DNA of 64,000 nt from Lingula anatina. Its lineage: Eukaryota; Animalia; Brachiopoda. Below the pieces are notes generated by a model, which had not been told where the DNA came from, made no database searches, and saw only the letters and a list, made by a program, of their open reading frames with translations. The position numbers and the translations under genes were made by a program. Of this stretch, positions 52,501 to 62,383 are shown piece after piece. Location of the stretch: assembly GCA_051362555.1 (NCBI GenBank), contig CM120640.1, forward strand, positions 27,800,503 to 27,864,502, written 5' to 3'. The number at the start of each line of letters is the position of its first letter. Position 1 is the stretch's first letter.

Positions 52501-53201
52501 CCACCTGTAGGAAGAAGATGGGCCTCAAATAGTTTTACTTAAAAGCTGCATCATGCATAATACAACAGCAGTGGTTATTATCTACCAAAAGCAGAAACCA
52601 CCTACGCTGTGTGACTCACACATGTAACAGCCTTGCAACATGGCACAAGGCTGGGAAAGGAAGCTCAACAGCCAAAGCCTACACTGCTACACAGAAAAAA
52701 AATATTATCTCAGGAAAATTAAAGTTCAGTTGTTGCTTCTCAACAGTTCGCACAAGTGCTTCAACAATTCACACAAGTGTAATGATGGTATTAATCATTT
52801 GCATCAGTTGAATAAATGTAAAAAAAGCATTCTCATAGAAAGGTCAAATACAGCCACTGCATTCGGTGAGACTGACATTTATGTGTTTTAACGGAATTTA
52901 TGGTGGTTTAATTGTACTCACACTTTGGCTTCCTCCAAATGGCACAAGTATTCGTAGGCAATGTTCTCTTGCCGCTTCTCGTCCATCTCCTCTGCCGAGA
53001 TTCGCTCATGGCCCTCTTCGACGTCTGAAAATAAAACAAACACACTGCAAAACTGTAAAGCAATCTACGGTAGTGCTGTGAAATAAATAACACTGAAATT
53101 GTAGCTTCAATCTGCATGGTGAATGTGTCATAGACTGAATGAAAAGGCGACCCACTTCCATAGGAAGCTCTGTGTTGTCCCCAGTCGACTTGGTCCTCCA
53201 T
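17939..53201 (-). CDS. IQGAP1: Ras GTPase-activating-like protein IQGAP (CH, IR repeats, WW, 4 IQ, GRD, RasGAP_C); 41 constitutive exons, 4962 nt, 1653 aa
   Basis: Exons 5'->3': 53201-53156, 53024-52922, 48884-48728, 48594-48517, 42481-42405, 42167-42100, 41793-41702, 40047-40026, 39719-39541, 39092-39008, 38288-38128, 37865-37772, 33434-33274, 32933-32894, 32710-32547, 32242-32161, 32008-31845, 31651-31561, 31390-31223, 31002-30860, 30633-30463, 30219-30136, 29965-29894, 29695-29626, 29412-29326, 29093-28972, 28361-28060, 26539-26465, 26183-26031, 25881-25741, 25480-25396, 25188-25024, 24739-24672, 24391-24259, 23661-23559, 20868-20745, 20314-20005, 19497-19331, 19013-18882, 18631-18523, 18052-17939. 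All introns are GT-AG, phases are compatible, and there is one open frame. Hallmarks: AYEYLCHLEEAK, LRNGVYLAKL, FYPETTDIYDRKNMPRVIYCIHAL, MDIKIGLLVKNRITLQ, YYRYINSAIVAPD, C-terminal LLIFLLNKKFYGK. Probably co-orthologous to vertebrate IQGAP1/2/3. Confidence 0.96.
19851..19918. repeat. (AT)n microsatellite
   Basis: About 34 AT units in an IQGAP intron. Confidence 0.95.
20511..20725. mobile_element. MITE, PIF/Harbinger (Tourist)-like
   Basis: Imperfect TIRs TTTCCATAGATTAGATCGACCTA / TAGATCGATCTAAAATCTATGGGAA, TAA on both sides (20508-20510, 20726-20728), GC/CpG-richer than its flanks; second partial copy at 12341-12447. Confidence 0.7.
23044..23058 (-). CDS. IQGAP1: Candidate 15-nt alternative IQGAP microexon (adds KKAPG)
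   Basis: ttttgttttatttcag|GCAAGAAAGCACCAG|gtacta; phase 1-1, frame-preserving, in an otherwise long 2.7-kb intron. Confidence 0.6.
25510..25580. repeat. (AT)n microsatellite
   Basis: About 35 AT units ending ~29 nt upstream of the acceptor of exon 25480-25396. Confidence 0.95.
27451..27459 (-). CDS. IQGAP1: Candidate 9-nt alternative IQGAP microexon (adds RGS)
   Basis: tttgtttttctgTGCattctctttag|ACGAGGATC|gtaagta; consensus donor, strong polypyrimidine tract, phase 2-2, frame-preserving. Confidence 0.7.
34016..34985 (+). pseudogene. Reverse transcriptase C-terminal half plus DUF1891-like region of LINE ORF2
   Basis: Motifs LFIDYSSAFNT, GAPQGCVLSP, KFADDTTLVGL, LNVAKTKEMIVDFRR, KKARQRLYFLR, FYRCVIESIL. 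One +1 frameshift in the A8 run at 34060-34067; otherwise open to the TAA ending at 34985. No endonuclease domain. Confidence 0.9.
34016..35082 (+). mobile_element. 5'-truncated non-LTR retrotransposon (Rex1/Babar-like LINE)
   Basis: RT coding from the first base (ILFIDYSSAFNTIVP), 3' AATAAA (35067) and short TCTTA repeats. ATGG duplicated at 34012-34015 and 35083-35086. Paralogous empty sites at ~35411-35440 and ~36600-36630. Confidence 0.9.
40026..40047 (-). CDS. IQGAP1: 22-nt constitutive IQGAP microexon (MPVDEAA + 1 nt)
   Basis: tctttcattag|ATGCCAGTAGATGAAGCCGCAT|gtgagt; needed to join a phase-0 donor (41702) to a phase-1 acceptor (39719), and restores the conserved GILANE-xxVDEAA-LHAAV sequence. 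Confidence 0.92.
48943..48975. repeat. (GA)n microsatellite
   Basis: GA run read directly. Confidence 0.85.
50676..50726. repeat. (CA)n-rich imperfect microsatellite
   Basis: Alternating purine/pyrimidine CA/CG/TG run. Confidence 0.8.
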
Positions 53202-53490
53202 TTTATGCGTTATATTAATCCGTTAATTTATAGATCCACACTTTGCGAAGTGTCTTCGTGGTGAGTTTTTAAAATACCATCTGAAAGTCACCATTCACTC
53301 CATAAGAAGTAAGTAAACAAGACTTTTCCTGGCGCGGCTCGAATTTTGAAACGGATAAGTAGAGCATTCTGGGATGTCAGGTGGCTGCTTTCGTCCTTCA
53401 CATTGACCTTATATGTTCGCCAGCAGATGGCACTACATGCTTGTTGGTTTACAAATGGCGACAGTTCCTTAGCTGCATGTCAACAAGAAG
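53202..53490. promoter_or_regulatory. Bidirectional promoter IQGAP(-)/FAM81(+), including the probable non-coding first exon of FAM81 (donor at 53491)
   Basis: CpG-containing patch between divergent genes. ZNF143/Staf-like GCATTCTGGGA (53364-53374), CTCF-consensus CCAGCAGATGGCAC (53420-53433), YY1-like AAATGGCG (53453-53460), donor AAG|GTGAGA at 53490/53491, matching acceptor TTTATTTACAG at 54592. Confidence 0.65.
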
Positions 53491-54652
53491 GTGAGAAAAT
53501 CCATATTTTCCTCTTTGAATTGTAATGTACACGATCAATATACGGCATCAAACCCATTGTTAAATGTGAATGAAGCACGTAGTTGACGTAATGTGCTAAC
53601 TATGCTTTACTCATTCTATTGATAGTAGCATAAATTACGTTATTTTCCCCTTTTTTTAGAAATAACGTCACACTGACAGTGACAGTCAGTGAGTGAGATT
53701 GTGCCGTAGCACTAATATTTCTACTTGTTTAAAGTGCAAAGATCAAACTTAGTAATATTTTTGGCCAATGATAATTTATTGGGATGATATTTTGTCATAT
53801 ACAATACAATAGCAAAGTTAAACTGTGATCTTTGACAAATAATTTTGTTATTTGTCCTTGTAGTGATGGAATCATCTATGCAAATTGCTGCATTGAAACA
53901 TTTTTGTGGATTTGTAGGTGAATAAATTTCATGAAATTGTCAATTCTATCAATAATTTTTTAAGTGTTTTTTTCTGTCTCAAAGCCAATGATCAACTCCC
54001 TTTTTATCTGCTTCCATTGTTTATGGTGCAATCATGGATATTTAAAGATAATTACACAATAAACGTAAAAAAAGAAAGTAAAAAAAAAAATCAACTCAGC
54101 TGCATTATTATCTGTTGAATTATCTTTTCTTTTCGTTATATTACTTACTTACTAATTGTAAGTTAAATGTCATAAAAACAATTATAATGTTTTATTGACC
54201 TAGTATGTATAAACAACATAGATTGGTTGCTGTTGGAGCTCTTAAAGAGAAATATATAGTTAAAAATGTGAAAATAAAATAATTAATTACATATTGCCTT
54301 TAATTAGAGTTAAAATTTTGGGTTCAAATGAGAAACAGCTTGAAAAACAGGCTTGTATAAACTATGTATGAACTCAAACATTGAATTATGGCTGGAATTT
54401 ACTCTTTCGCATTTAATGTCTTCTGCAAAGTACGTACTTTTGGAGTTGTTGTTTTAAATTAGTATTCATTAAAAAGTTTTATGATCTTTTTTTTTTTTTT
54501 TTTGACTACGGTCTACAACAAATACTAGTATGCCGTTACCAGTAGAATTCCCCTACATTTTTTTGTTTAACTCTGCTATATTTTATTTACAGTGACCAAT
54601 GGTGATATATGTACAGTAGGCAGATTTTTCACTGCAATCAGCACGGGTCAGC

Positions 54653-57329
54653 ATGCAGCACCAAGTGAAAGAGCTTCCTGCCATTCGTGGAGCTAGGAGT
54701 CCTGATACCAGGATCCAGTATCGAGAAACAGATGCCAGGAGTCCACATTACAGAGACCAACCACAGTACGGTGGTTACGATTTAGTGGATAATAGATCTG
54801 CATCCCGCGTGGAACACTTAGAGGAAAGACTGGCCCATCAGGAAAGAACAACACAGGCATTGCTTGAAAAAGCTGTGCGTATTAAGGAAGACATTCTTGA
54901 CAATACCAGTTACACTCATGGAACATGGCAAAATGAAAAAAGAGCCAGAGAGCTGCTGCAGGATCATATCAGGACCATTACTGATGTTGTCAAGAAACTG
55001 GATTGGGATATCAAGGTGATGATTTTGAATACTAACTAAGTTACAGTAGATCTAAATGAGTAGTCAGGTTTCTGCTGTCAGAATACGTAGGTATCATTAG
55101 TGCATAGAAAATTTTTTGCAAAACTTTTCTACATTTTCATGTTATATGCAGCTTTTTCATTGTCAAAAAAAAAAAAAAAAAAAAAAAAAAATGAAGTATG
55201 TGCTCCTAAAGGAAAAATATAAAAAAGAAAGTTGTTTGAAATTATATCTGTTCTGCTGTATTCATGGAAATACAATTAACAAGTCCTCTTACTCATATTT
55301 TAGATTGTAGAGGACCAGCTTCGTATGAAAGACTCTTCAACATCTCAAGCATCAGCAGCCGTTAAGAACCTAGAGGTGCATCATGTGGCAGGGTTGACAG
55401 ACCTACGAGGGCGAGTAGCAAGATGTGATGCATCTATAGCAAAGCTAGCATCAGACAGTAAAGCTTGCTTTGAGTCCATTAAGAGTTTGAATACTGAGCA
55501 TCAAAACTTGAACACTAAACTGATGGAGAAGTTACAGGATATTGAAAATAAGGTGCTGAACTGGTGATTACCAATTATGGTAATCAATTATTTTTTATAT
55601 GCGTCAGATGAATATTTGAATACTTTTGGCTTTTTAGACATACATTTCTTTTTTTTCGTGTAAAATGTAGTCTTTTTAAATGCACATAATTTTATTAATT
55701 GTGACAAAATGTGCCTGACATTTAATTTAGAATATCAACATTTGATTGGTGTTTATTGAAATCCTGCTGCCGACACCATGTGCTTGCATGCCCACTGACC
55801 TGATGATGATGAACATATTTATTAGAAAAAAATTATGTAGATAATATCTTGTTGTTAGTTGACAATCTAGCAATGAGAAAACCTCAAACATTTTCTCATT
55901 TAAAGCAAAACCATGGACATTTTGTTTTGAATGACGGTATTCAATCAGTATAGATTGATGGTTACTGATATGATGATACATGTTAAGTTAGAAGTTGGGT
56001 GTTCTTTATCTGAAAACTAACTCTTCATGTCCCAGCACAATCATAACCTTGTACAACTTTTTGTGTGTCTTATATTTCAGATGGCTGAAATAAATAACAG
56101 ACTGGATAAGGTCAATATAGAACACACCCTGAAGATAAAACACATGGAAGGGGATTCCAGTCAACAGCTCAGCCACCTTGACACCAAGACTCGGGCTTTG
56201 TTTGAGGAGCTGAGACATACGCTTACTGCCAGCAAGGCAGTAGAGGAGGCCGAGAGGGAGAAGATGGAATCCAGGTTGTTCACTCACTTAGACAGATCAT
56301 CAACTTCAAGAGATGGAAGGCTGGTAATGAAATCAATTAACTGTTGCTGTAATATTTTGTGTCTTTTTCAAGGCAAAATACAACCAAAGAGGATTTCCTT
56401 CATTCAGTTGTTTTAACAGAATGTCTTTGAAAGTAACATTTTTGTGCCAGTTAACTTTTGGACTATACAAACCTCAGTCCTGAAATCTACATACTTTTTT
56501 CTTTTTGCAAATCATCTCCATCATTTTCCGATCCATGAATCTCATGGATCTGAGAATATGATATGATCTATAATGTAATATAAAAAAGAAAAAAAGCTTG
56601 ATCATTCAATATGTAGTTAAAATGTAATCTTGAATATGTTACATGTTTGAAGATTTTTCTTATTTTCTCAGGATAAAATGGAGAAAAAGGTAGATGAGTG
56701 GTTTCATGTAGTAGAAAAAAAGTTGCAGAAGATGGAAGATGAGATGATCAGGGACAGAGAACGGACAATAAAAACAGAACAGGTGATCACATTTTTTTTT
56801 TATTCCAGTTTGTTGATGAAGTAAAAATTATTATTGCACTCTTTCCTATTGCTTAAAGGTTTTTGTGAAGGGAGTAATGTATATATGCAAAAATTTTAAT
56901 TAATATATTTACCTTCCCTTTTATTCCCAAATGGCAATTTATGAAGAAAGCTACACTTTTTTTCGCCTTTTCTTTTTCTGTCCATATCTTCAATATTTTT
57001 AGTCAATTCAAACATTTTTAAGTACAGTCTTGTTGAACATTTTTCTTTTGGATTATTTTTGCTGTGTTATTTTGTATTTAACCAACAAACATTTACCTCT
57101 TTTCATTATTTAGGCTTTTGAAAGCAGATTCAGTCAGCATGTGGATGTATCTATAAGAAAACAAAATGAAGAAATATCAAAAGTGAAGAAAGAGTGCAGA
57201 GAAGCATTTGCTACTCTTCATGAAAGCATTGTGAGCATGAAGTCTGTACAAGATGGAAAAAGAAAACTTTTAGAGGAACAGATTAGAAAGGAAATAGGAC
57301 AAATAAGAAAAATGGTGGTTTTGTTATAG
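54653..57329 (+). CDS. FAM81A: FAM81-family coiled-coil protein, 5 coding exons, about 393 aa
   Basis: Exons 54653-55015, 55304-55552, 56081-56323, 56672-56782, 57114-57329; all GT-AG and phase 0. Contains LEERLAHQERTTQALLEKAVRIKEDI and DLRGRVARCDASIAKL, which I recognise from FAM81A/B. The start codon choice is uncertain. Confidence 0.88.
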
Positions 57330-58929
57330 TGCCATCTCTCTGTAGTTAATACTTTTGTTTTAATGATTTTTAATCTCACATATTTTTATGTATGATTTAC
57401 TTACATTATCAAACATAAAAATACTTCAGCATCACCAATATTTTTTATGTTGTAGTTCAAAAACAGAAGTTCACTTCCATGCATTTTCGTAAATATTGCA
57501 TTTTTGAGACTTTTATTATTTCAATTGAGTGTTCCATTGTGCCAAGTCTTCTAGGTAGGAAGCATTGTGTTTAATACATATAAACTGGCTTCCATATCCC
57601 TTGCTTCTTTGCAAAACTTATCACCTGAAAAGATACTATAAATTCTAGTGTAGATTTCAGTGAGAAAAGAATATTTGAATTCATCTGCTTTAAGTTTTAT
57701 AAAGTACAATCTGTGAAAATACTTGAAAAAACCCCAAATATACTTATTCTTGACTACTATGTAGGTTAATACAGCAGGTATATGCAACGTCTTCCAAGTC
57801 ATTAAAGGCAATGGGATGCAAATTTGTGACAGTTTTGTGATACTGCAGTAGACAGTATGGTATTCAAATATGCCATCTTTTTACAACATATAAGCTTCTT
57901 TACTGTGATTACTGTAATTGTTGTGTGGGATATATAATATGGAAAGGTTTTTCTAGAAACTCTTTTTTTTTTAATGAATGAAGCAGGTAGAGTTGCTTTT
58001 AAGAATAAGAGGAAAAGTATTGAAAACACAACCTGTACATGCTACATGCTTAAATGAAGAATTTTGTGTAAATATTTTTCTGCCTTTGTCTTTACATTTA
58101 AATGTCCGCATTCAACAGGTACATTTTAAGAAGGGGGTATATCACTTTCAATTTATAAATATTCCATAACTGCTTACAATATTTGGAGAAGCAGAGATCA
58201 ATTTTTTTCTAAGTAGATACTTTCAAAAGCTGCATCTGTTATTAAATATTTTTATGGTTTCCAGCTGGTCTGATCTCAATTAAAATACATTCTAAACAAT
58301 GAAAATAACCTTATAAGTTGCCACTGCTTATTCAGTGTTAGATTTAAGATTACAAACATAAACAATATATTTTAATATGTGTAACAGGGAGGAGGAGGAT
58401 TTTTGATACAAGTTCTTCCAGTCCATTCACAATGACCCCAGCTCTCGTTTATTTCTCAAGATTTTATGTAGTCCAAAACAACCAGTACGTATCAGAATCG
58501 TCAACAGGAGTGCTAACGCATGTATTTTCGTGCTAATTCAGATACTGCTGTAGGTGATAAAAACTCAAATACTTCATGAACCTATAATGACCAGTTTCCT
58601 ACAAAATGGCCCTCAACAGGATTGTGGTCATTTATGTACATTTTGAAAAAGAAGCCCTCTAGAAATGTTTAACACTACTGTTAAAATTGCTGGATCACTA
58701 GTTGAAACTACAGAACCGTAAAAATATACTGGCTACTTTGCTATTCTGGCTCTCTCCTGTTCAAAATTACATCAAATGAAAAAAAAACGTTTTTGACTTG
58801 AAACAATGCTTTTATTGTTAAATATATTTACAGGACACAAACATTTTCATGCATTAAAAACATATAATTTTGAGATTAAAGGTGCTTGAAAGCTTACAAA
58901 ATACATTTGCAGGATCTACCGTTCAAGGC

Positions 58930-58956
58930 AAATAAATAAATAAATAAATAAATAAA
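58930..58956. repeat. (AAAT)n microsatellite
   Basis: About 6 units. Confidence 0.8.
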
Positions 58957-59669
58957 AATGAATAAAAAAAGACATTTCCCCCCTCCAAAACTTTAGTGAA
59001 GATATGCGCTTTCCAACAGAATTTTACATTTGACTGAAGCAACTTGGTGAAAGAATGCTATGAAATAGAATTTATGGCATATTAATATAATTCTATCCTA
59101 TAAAATGCAAAATAAAAATGCATTTTTAATCTACCATTACAATTAAAAAAAACCTACAAATTAATTCAACATGCATTTTACAAACATCATAACAGTTGGC
59201 AGCAAACGAATCATTTATAAAACTCCATTTATCAATTAATAGAAAAATGTTTCATTGTGACCATACCCAAGATAAATATTTGCTACTAACACTGTAAATA
59301 AATAGCGCATGGCATGATAAAAATAGATTTTTTTCACAGATTCACATTTCTCTTTAAATGGATTTCTTTTATACATAAATTAGGTAATCTTTACTACATC
59401 AAACCAGCTGACAAATTGACTGCCCAGTACCTGCACCAATATGTTAAGTATACACGTGCTTATAAACGTAGAAAACAGAGATTAATACTTCAACTTCCAC
59501 TTTTTAGTAAACCCATGTGGGACTGAATAGATAACAACTAATACAGTTTAAAAATAAAGAAAAAAATCCTGTAAATTTAATGAAAATTGCTAGACAAATT
59601 GTAATTACTGAATACCTGCACCTAAACTAACAGATAAAAATTTTCTAGTAATTGCAGTAAATGGGTTTT

Positions 59670-59836
59670 CAGGGGCGGATTGAAGCCGTCTTCTGGGTCT
59701 TCCGGAAAATGGTCAGATTTTCAAGTTTACATTGACAGGCATCTAATTTTTTCTGTCGAAAGACTTTCAAAAATGAAGGATGGATCAACAAAGATAATTT
59801 TGAAGACTGTCAGAAAATATCTCTGCATCTGCCCGT
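59670..59836. mobile_element. Possible degenerate hAT-like MITE
   Basis: Starts CAGGGGCGGAT and ends with an imperfect inverted ATCTGCCCG; no clear TSD. Confidence 0.3.
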
Positions 59837-60528
59837 TTTTATAACTGAAAGTGTATATGAACACCATACATCTATGTAATCAAGTATCACAAGTTAAGAG
59901 GAAAGCAGAACTTCCAGATATCCTGGTAACCAAGTAATGGCTCCGTCTCCTGCTCCAGCGATAAGGACATGCAGGTTATGACTACAGTCACTACAATATT
60001 TGTATTGAATTGTACATAAAAAAGTAACACTAACTTTTACCTTATATCTACGTGGCTAGATTATTCAATTTATGAAATCTGTGAAACCTCCTTTGTCTGG
60101 CTTTTAGTTGACAACATTATGCTCTTAAATATGAAACCATTTTTAAAAAAAATAGAATTACCTTTTTTTAAAGATGTAATGCTAAATTCTTGATTATCTT
60201 ATTTACACTGTAAGATAAAACAAGCTGCACATATGATTTGATGACAAAATACTTTCACAATTGGTATAAAAAAACTGCAATAGTATGGGTAGGTTATTCT
60301 TGCAGTATAATTTTATGACTCAATAATAATAACTGAATTGAACACACTTAAACCAGGGTAATATATTATGACTTAATCAGCAATGTTCGGCAGGTCTTTT
60401 AAACAAAGTCTATCGATGTAAATCATGTGGATGATAATTTCAACTGTATCAAAATAGTAAGTAGAACACAATATTTCTTTGTTGCTTTGGCTAGCAATGT
60501 ATCTCCTTCTAGGACTTGAGTTTTGATA

Positions 60529-62383
60529 CTATACTCTGTATCCTTGTCCAGATCCTTGCAGGGTTAGGTAAGGTACCTCACCAGAGCGACAGAACAGAAC
60601 GCATGAGCAAATCAATCCAATAACCTGGAAACAATTCAATTAAGCCAATAATTCAATTAATTCAATAAGGACACAGTATAATTTCAGTGATAGTGTAACA
60701 ATAAAATTCCTGTTAACTTCTGTACTGAAATTTCATAAATATGTGGACAGCAACAACTCACAGTTCCAAATAAAATCTCATAGGTTGCATATAAAAAACA
60801 AAAGAAACTTCTCCAATCCATTTTCCAGTATTGTATCATTGTATCAAAAACATTTTTCACTCTACTTACCAATATAACTGCAAATATAATAGCAACAACA
60901 GCAAGTACAGCCAAAGAGTCTCGCAGCAAGTCTTCCAGTTTGTCATAGCAACCCTATTAAGAAAATTTTTAATATATGTGAGCTCAATGTGACATCATAT
61001 ACAATGCAAACATCTTATTCTTAGACATTACAATGGTTACGCACTCTGCATAATTTTAAAATAAATTTTCTATGATTTGATGCCATTCAAAGAAAATGCT
61101 TTGTCATGATGGAAGTGCTGTGGAATATTTTTCTTCAGACATTACCTCTTCATAAATGTATGGATTGTCCACATAACCAGATATTTTTGTGGTGCAGTTA
61201 TTTTTGTCCCTGCAGCAGCTTTCTGGTACACTGTGATTCTGACGGTAAAACTCAAATCTCTCCCAATCTGTGTAGTTGTGGCGACCACAGCACATCAGCT
61301 ACAATAGGAGTCGAACATTAGCTAGAACATTAGCTTATTGGGTAAATTGTACAACAGAACAATAAGTTTTTTTTTTTTCAAATCTCAATAGTTCTCAAAA
61401 ATTAATTTGACGTTGATGTTACACAGATACATTATTTGTACTAGAGCCAAAATGCAGGTGTATCTTTAAGATTCATCACAATGCTTTGCCTTACCTGATC
61501 CTGCAAATAGTCCATCTCATCTCTATAAGTGGCATCATTGGTGTAGTTCTTCATTACTGCATCAAAGCCATCTTTCAGGGCATCACTCACCTGTAATCAA
61601 CCCATGAAAAGGTGATCATAACTGTAAATGGGGGAGAAAGACATTATTTTGAACTTTTATTTGCTTATATGTCCCGGTGAGTTAAAACAAAAATAGACCA
61701 TTACAAAACCTAAGAGCAAAAATGAAAACACTTGTAACTCAGGTTTATCTATATACTATATAATAAATAATGAAAATTTATTTATGAACTTCGTAAATGA
61801 TCATCCAGTAACATTTTCAACATTTTCTTCTCAAAGTATATTTCAGAAAGTGCTTCCTTACATCTGCCCTGTACACATATGCTAGTGTGCCAGCAACTAC
61901 TTCCGCAACTAGAATTACCAGAATCAAACTGAAGAACTGAAAATCAAAAACAGTATTTTAAGTCAGGTAAAATGGAAGTTATCAGTGAACTGTGCAAGTC
62001 TTCTATAATAAATAATTATAAATGGTAAAAGAAATTAAAATGAGTCAAAATGCTGCACATCACTACCTTGACATAATTGATCCCCTAACCTTCAAATTGC
62101 AATGGAAGAGCAGAATATAAAATAGTGCAACTACATTCCAAAATGGCATCTATCACAAAAAATTTCAAAATCTGGGTTTCCACAGACTTACTGTTGCCAG
62201 TAGACACTTGTGTTCTTTGCAGGCAGCAATACATCCCAGCAGACCCACCAAGAACATGAACACACCTGCTGCAAGGGTGATCACTGCAGGAACCAGCGTG
62301 TATTTCTGGTCTGCCAAGTCATCATAGTGTTTGTATGTGACAAAGATGTAAGACCCAAGGTAAAATAATCCTGCTGCTGCTGC
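60529..62383 (-). CDS. TSPAN3: Tetraspanin, TSPAN3-like (exons 2-7; exon 1 not found, probably beyond the right edge)
   Basis: Exons 62383-62192, 61936-61862, 61590-61495, 61298-61146, 60953-60870, 60624-60529; all phase 0. TM helices, CCG motif (LMCCGRHNYTDW), VPESCC, EGC, and C-tail YLTL...GYRV*. The small loop TYKHYDDLADQKYTLVPAV resembles TSPAN3 TYDDYDHFFEDVYTLIPAV. Confidence 0.9.
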
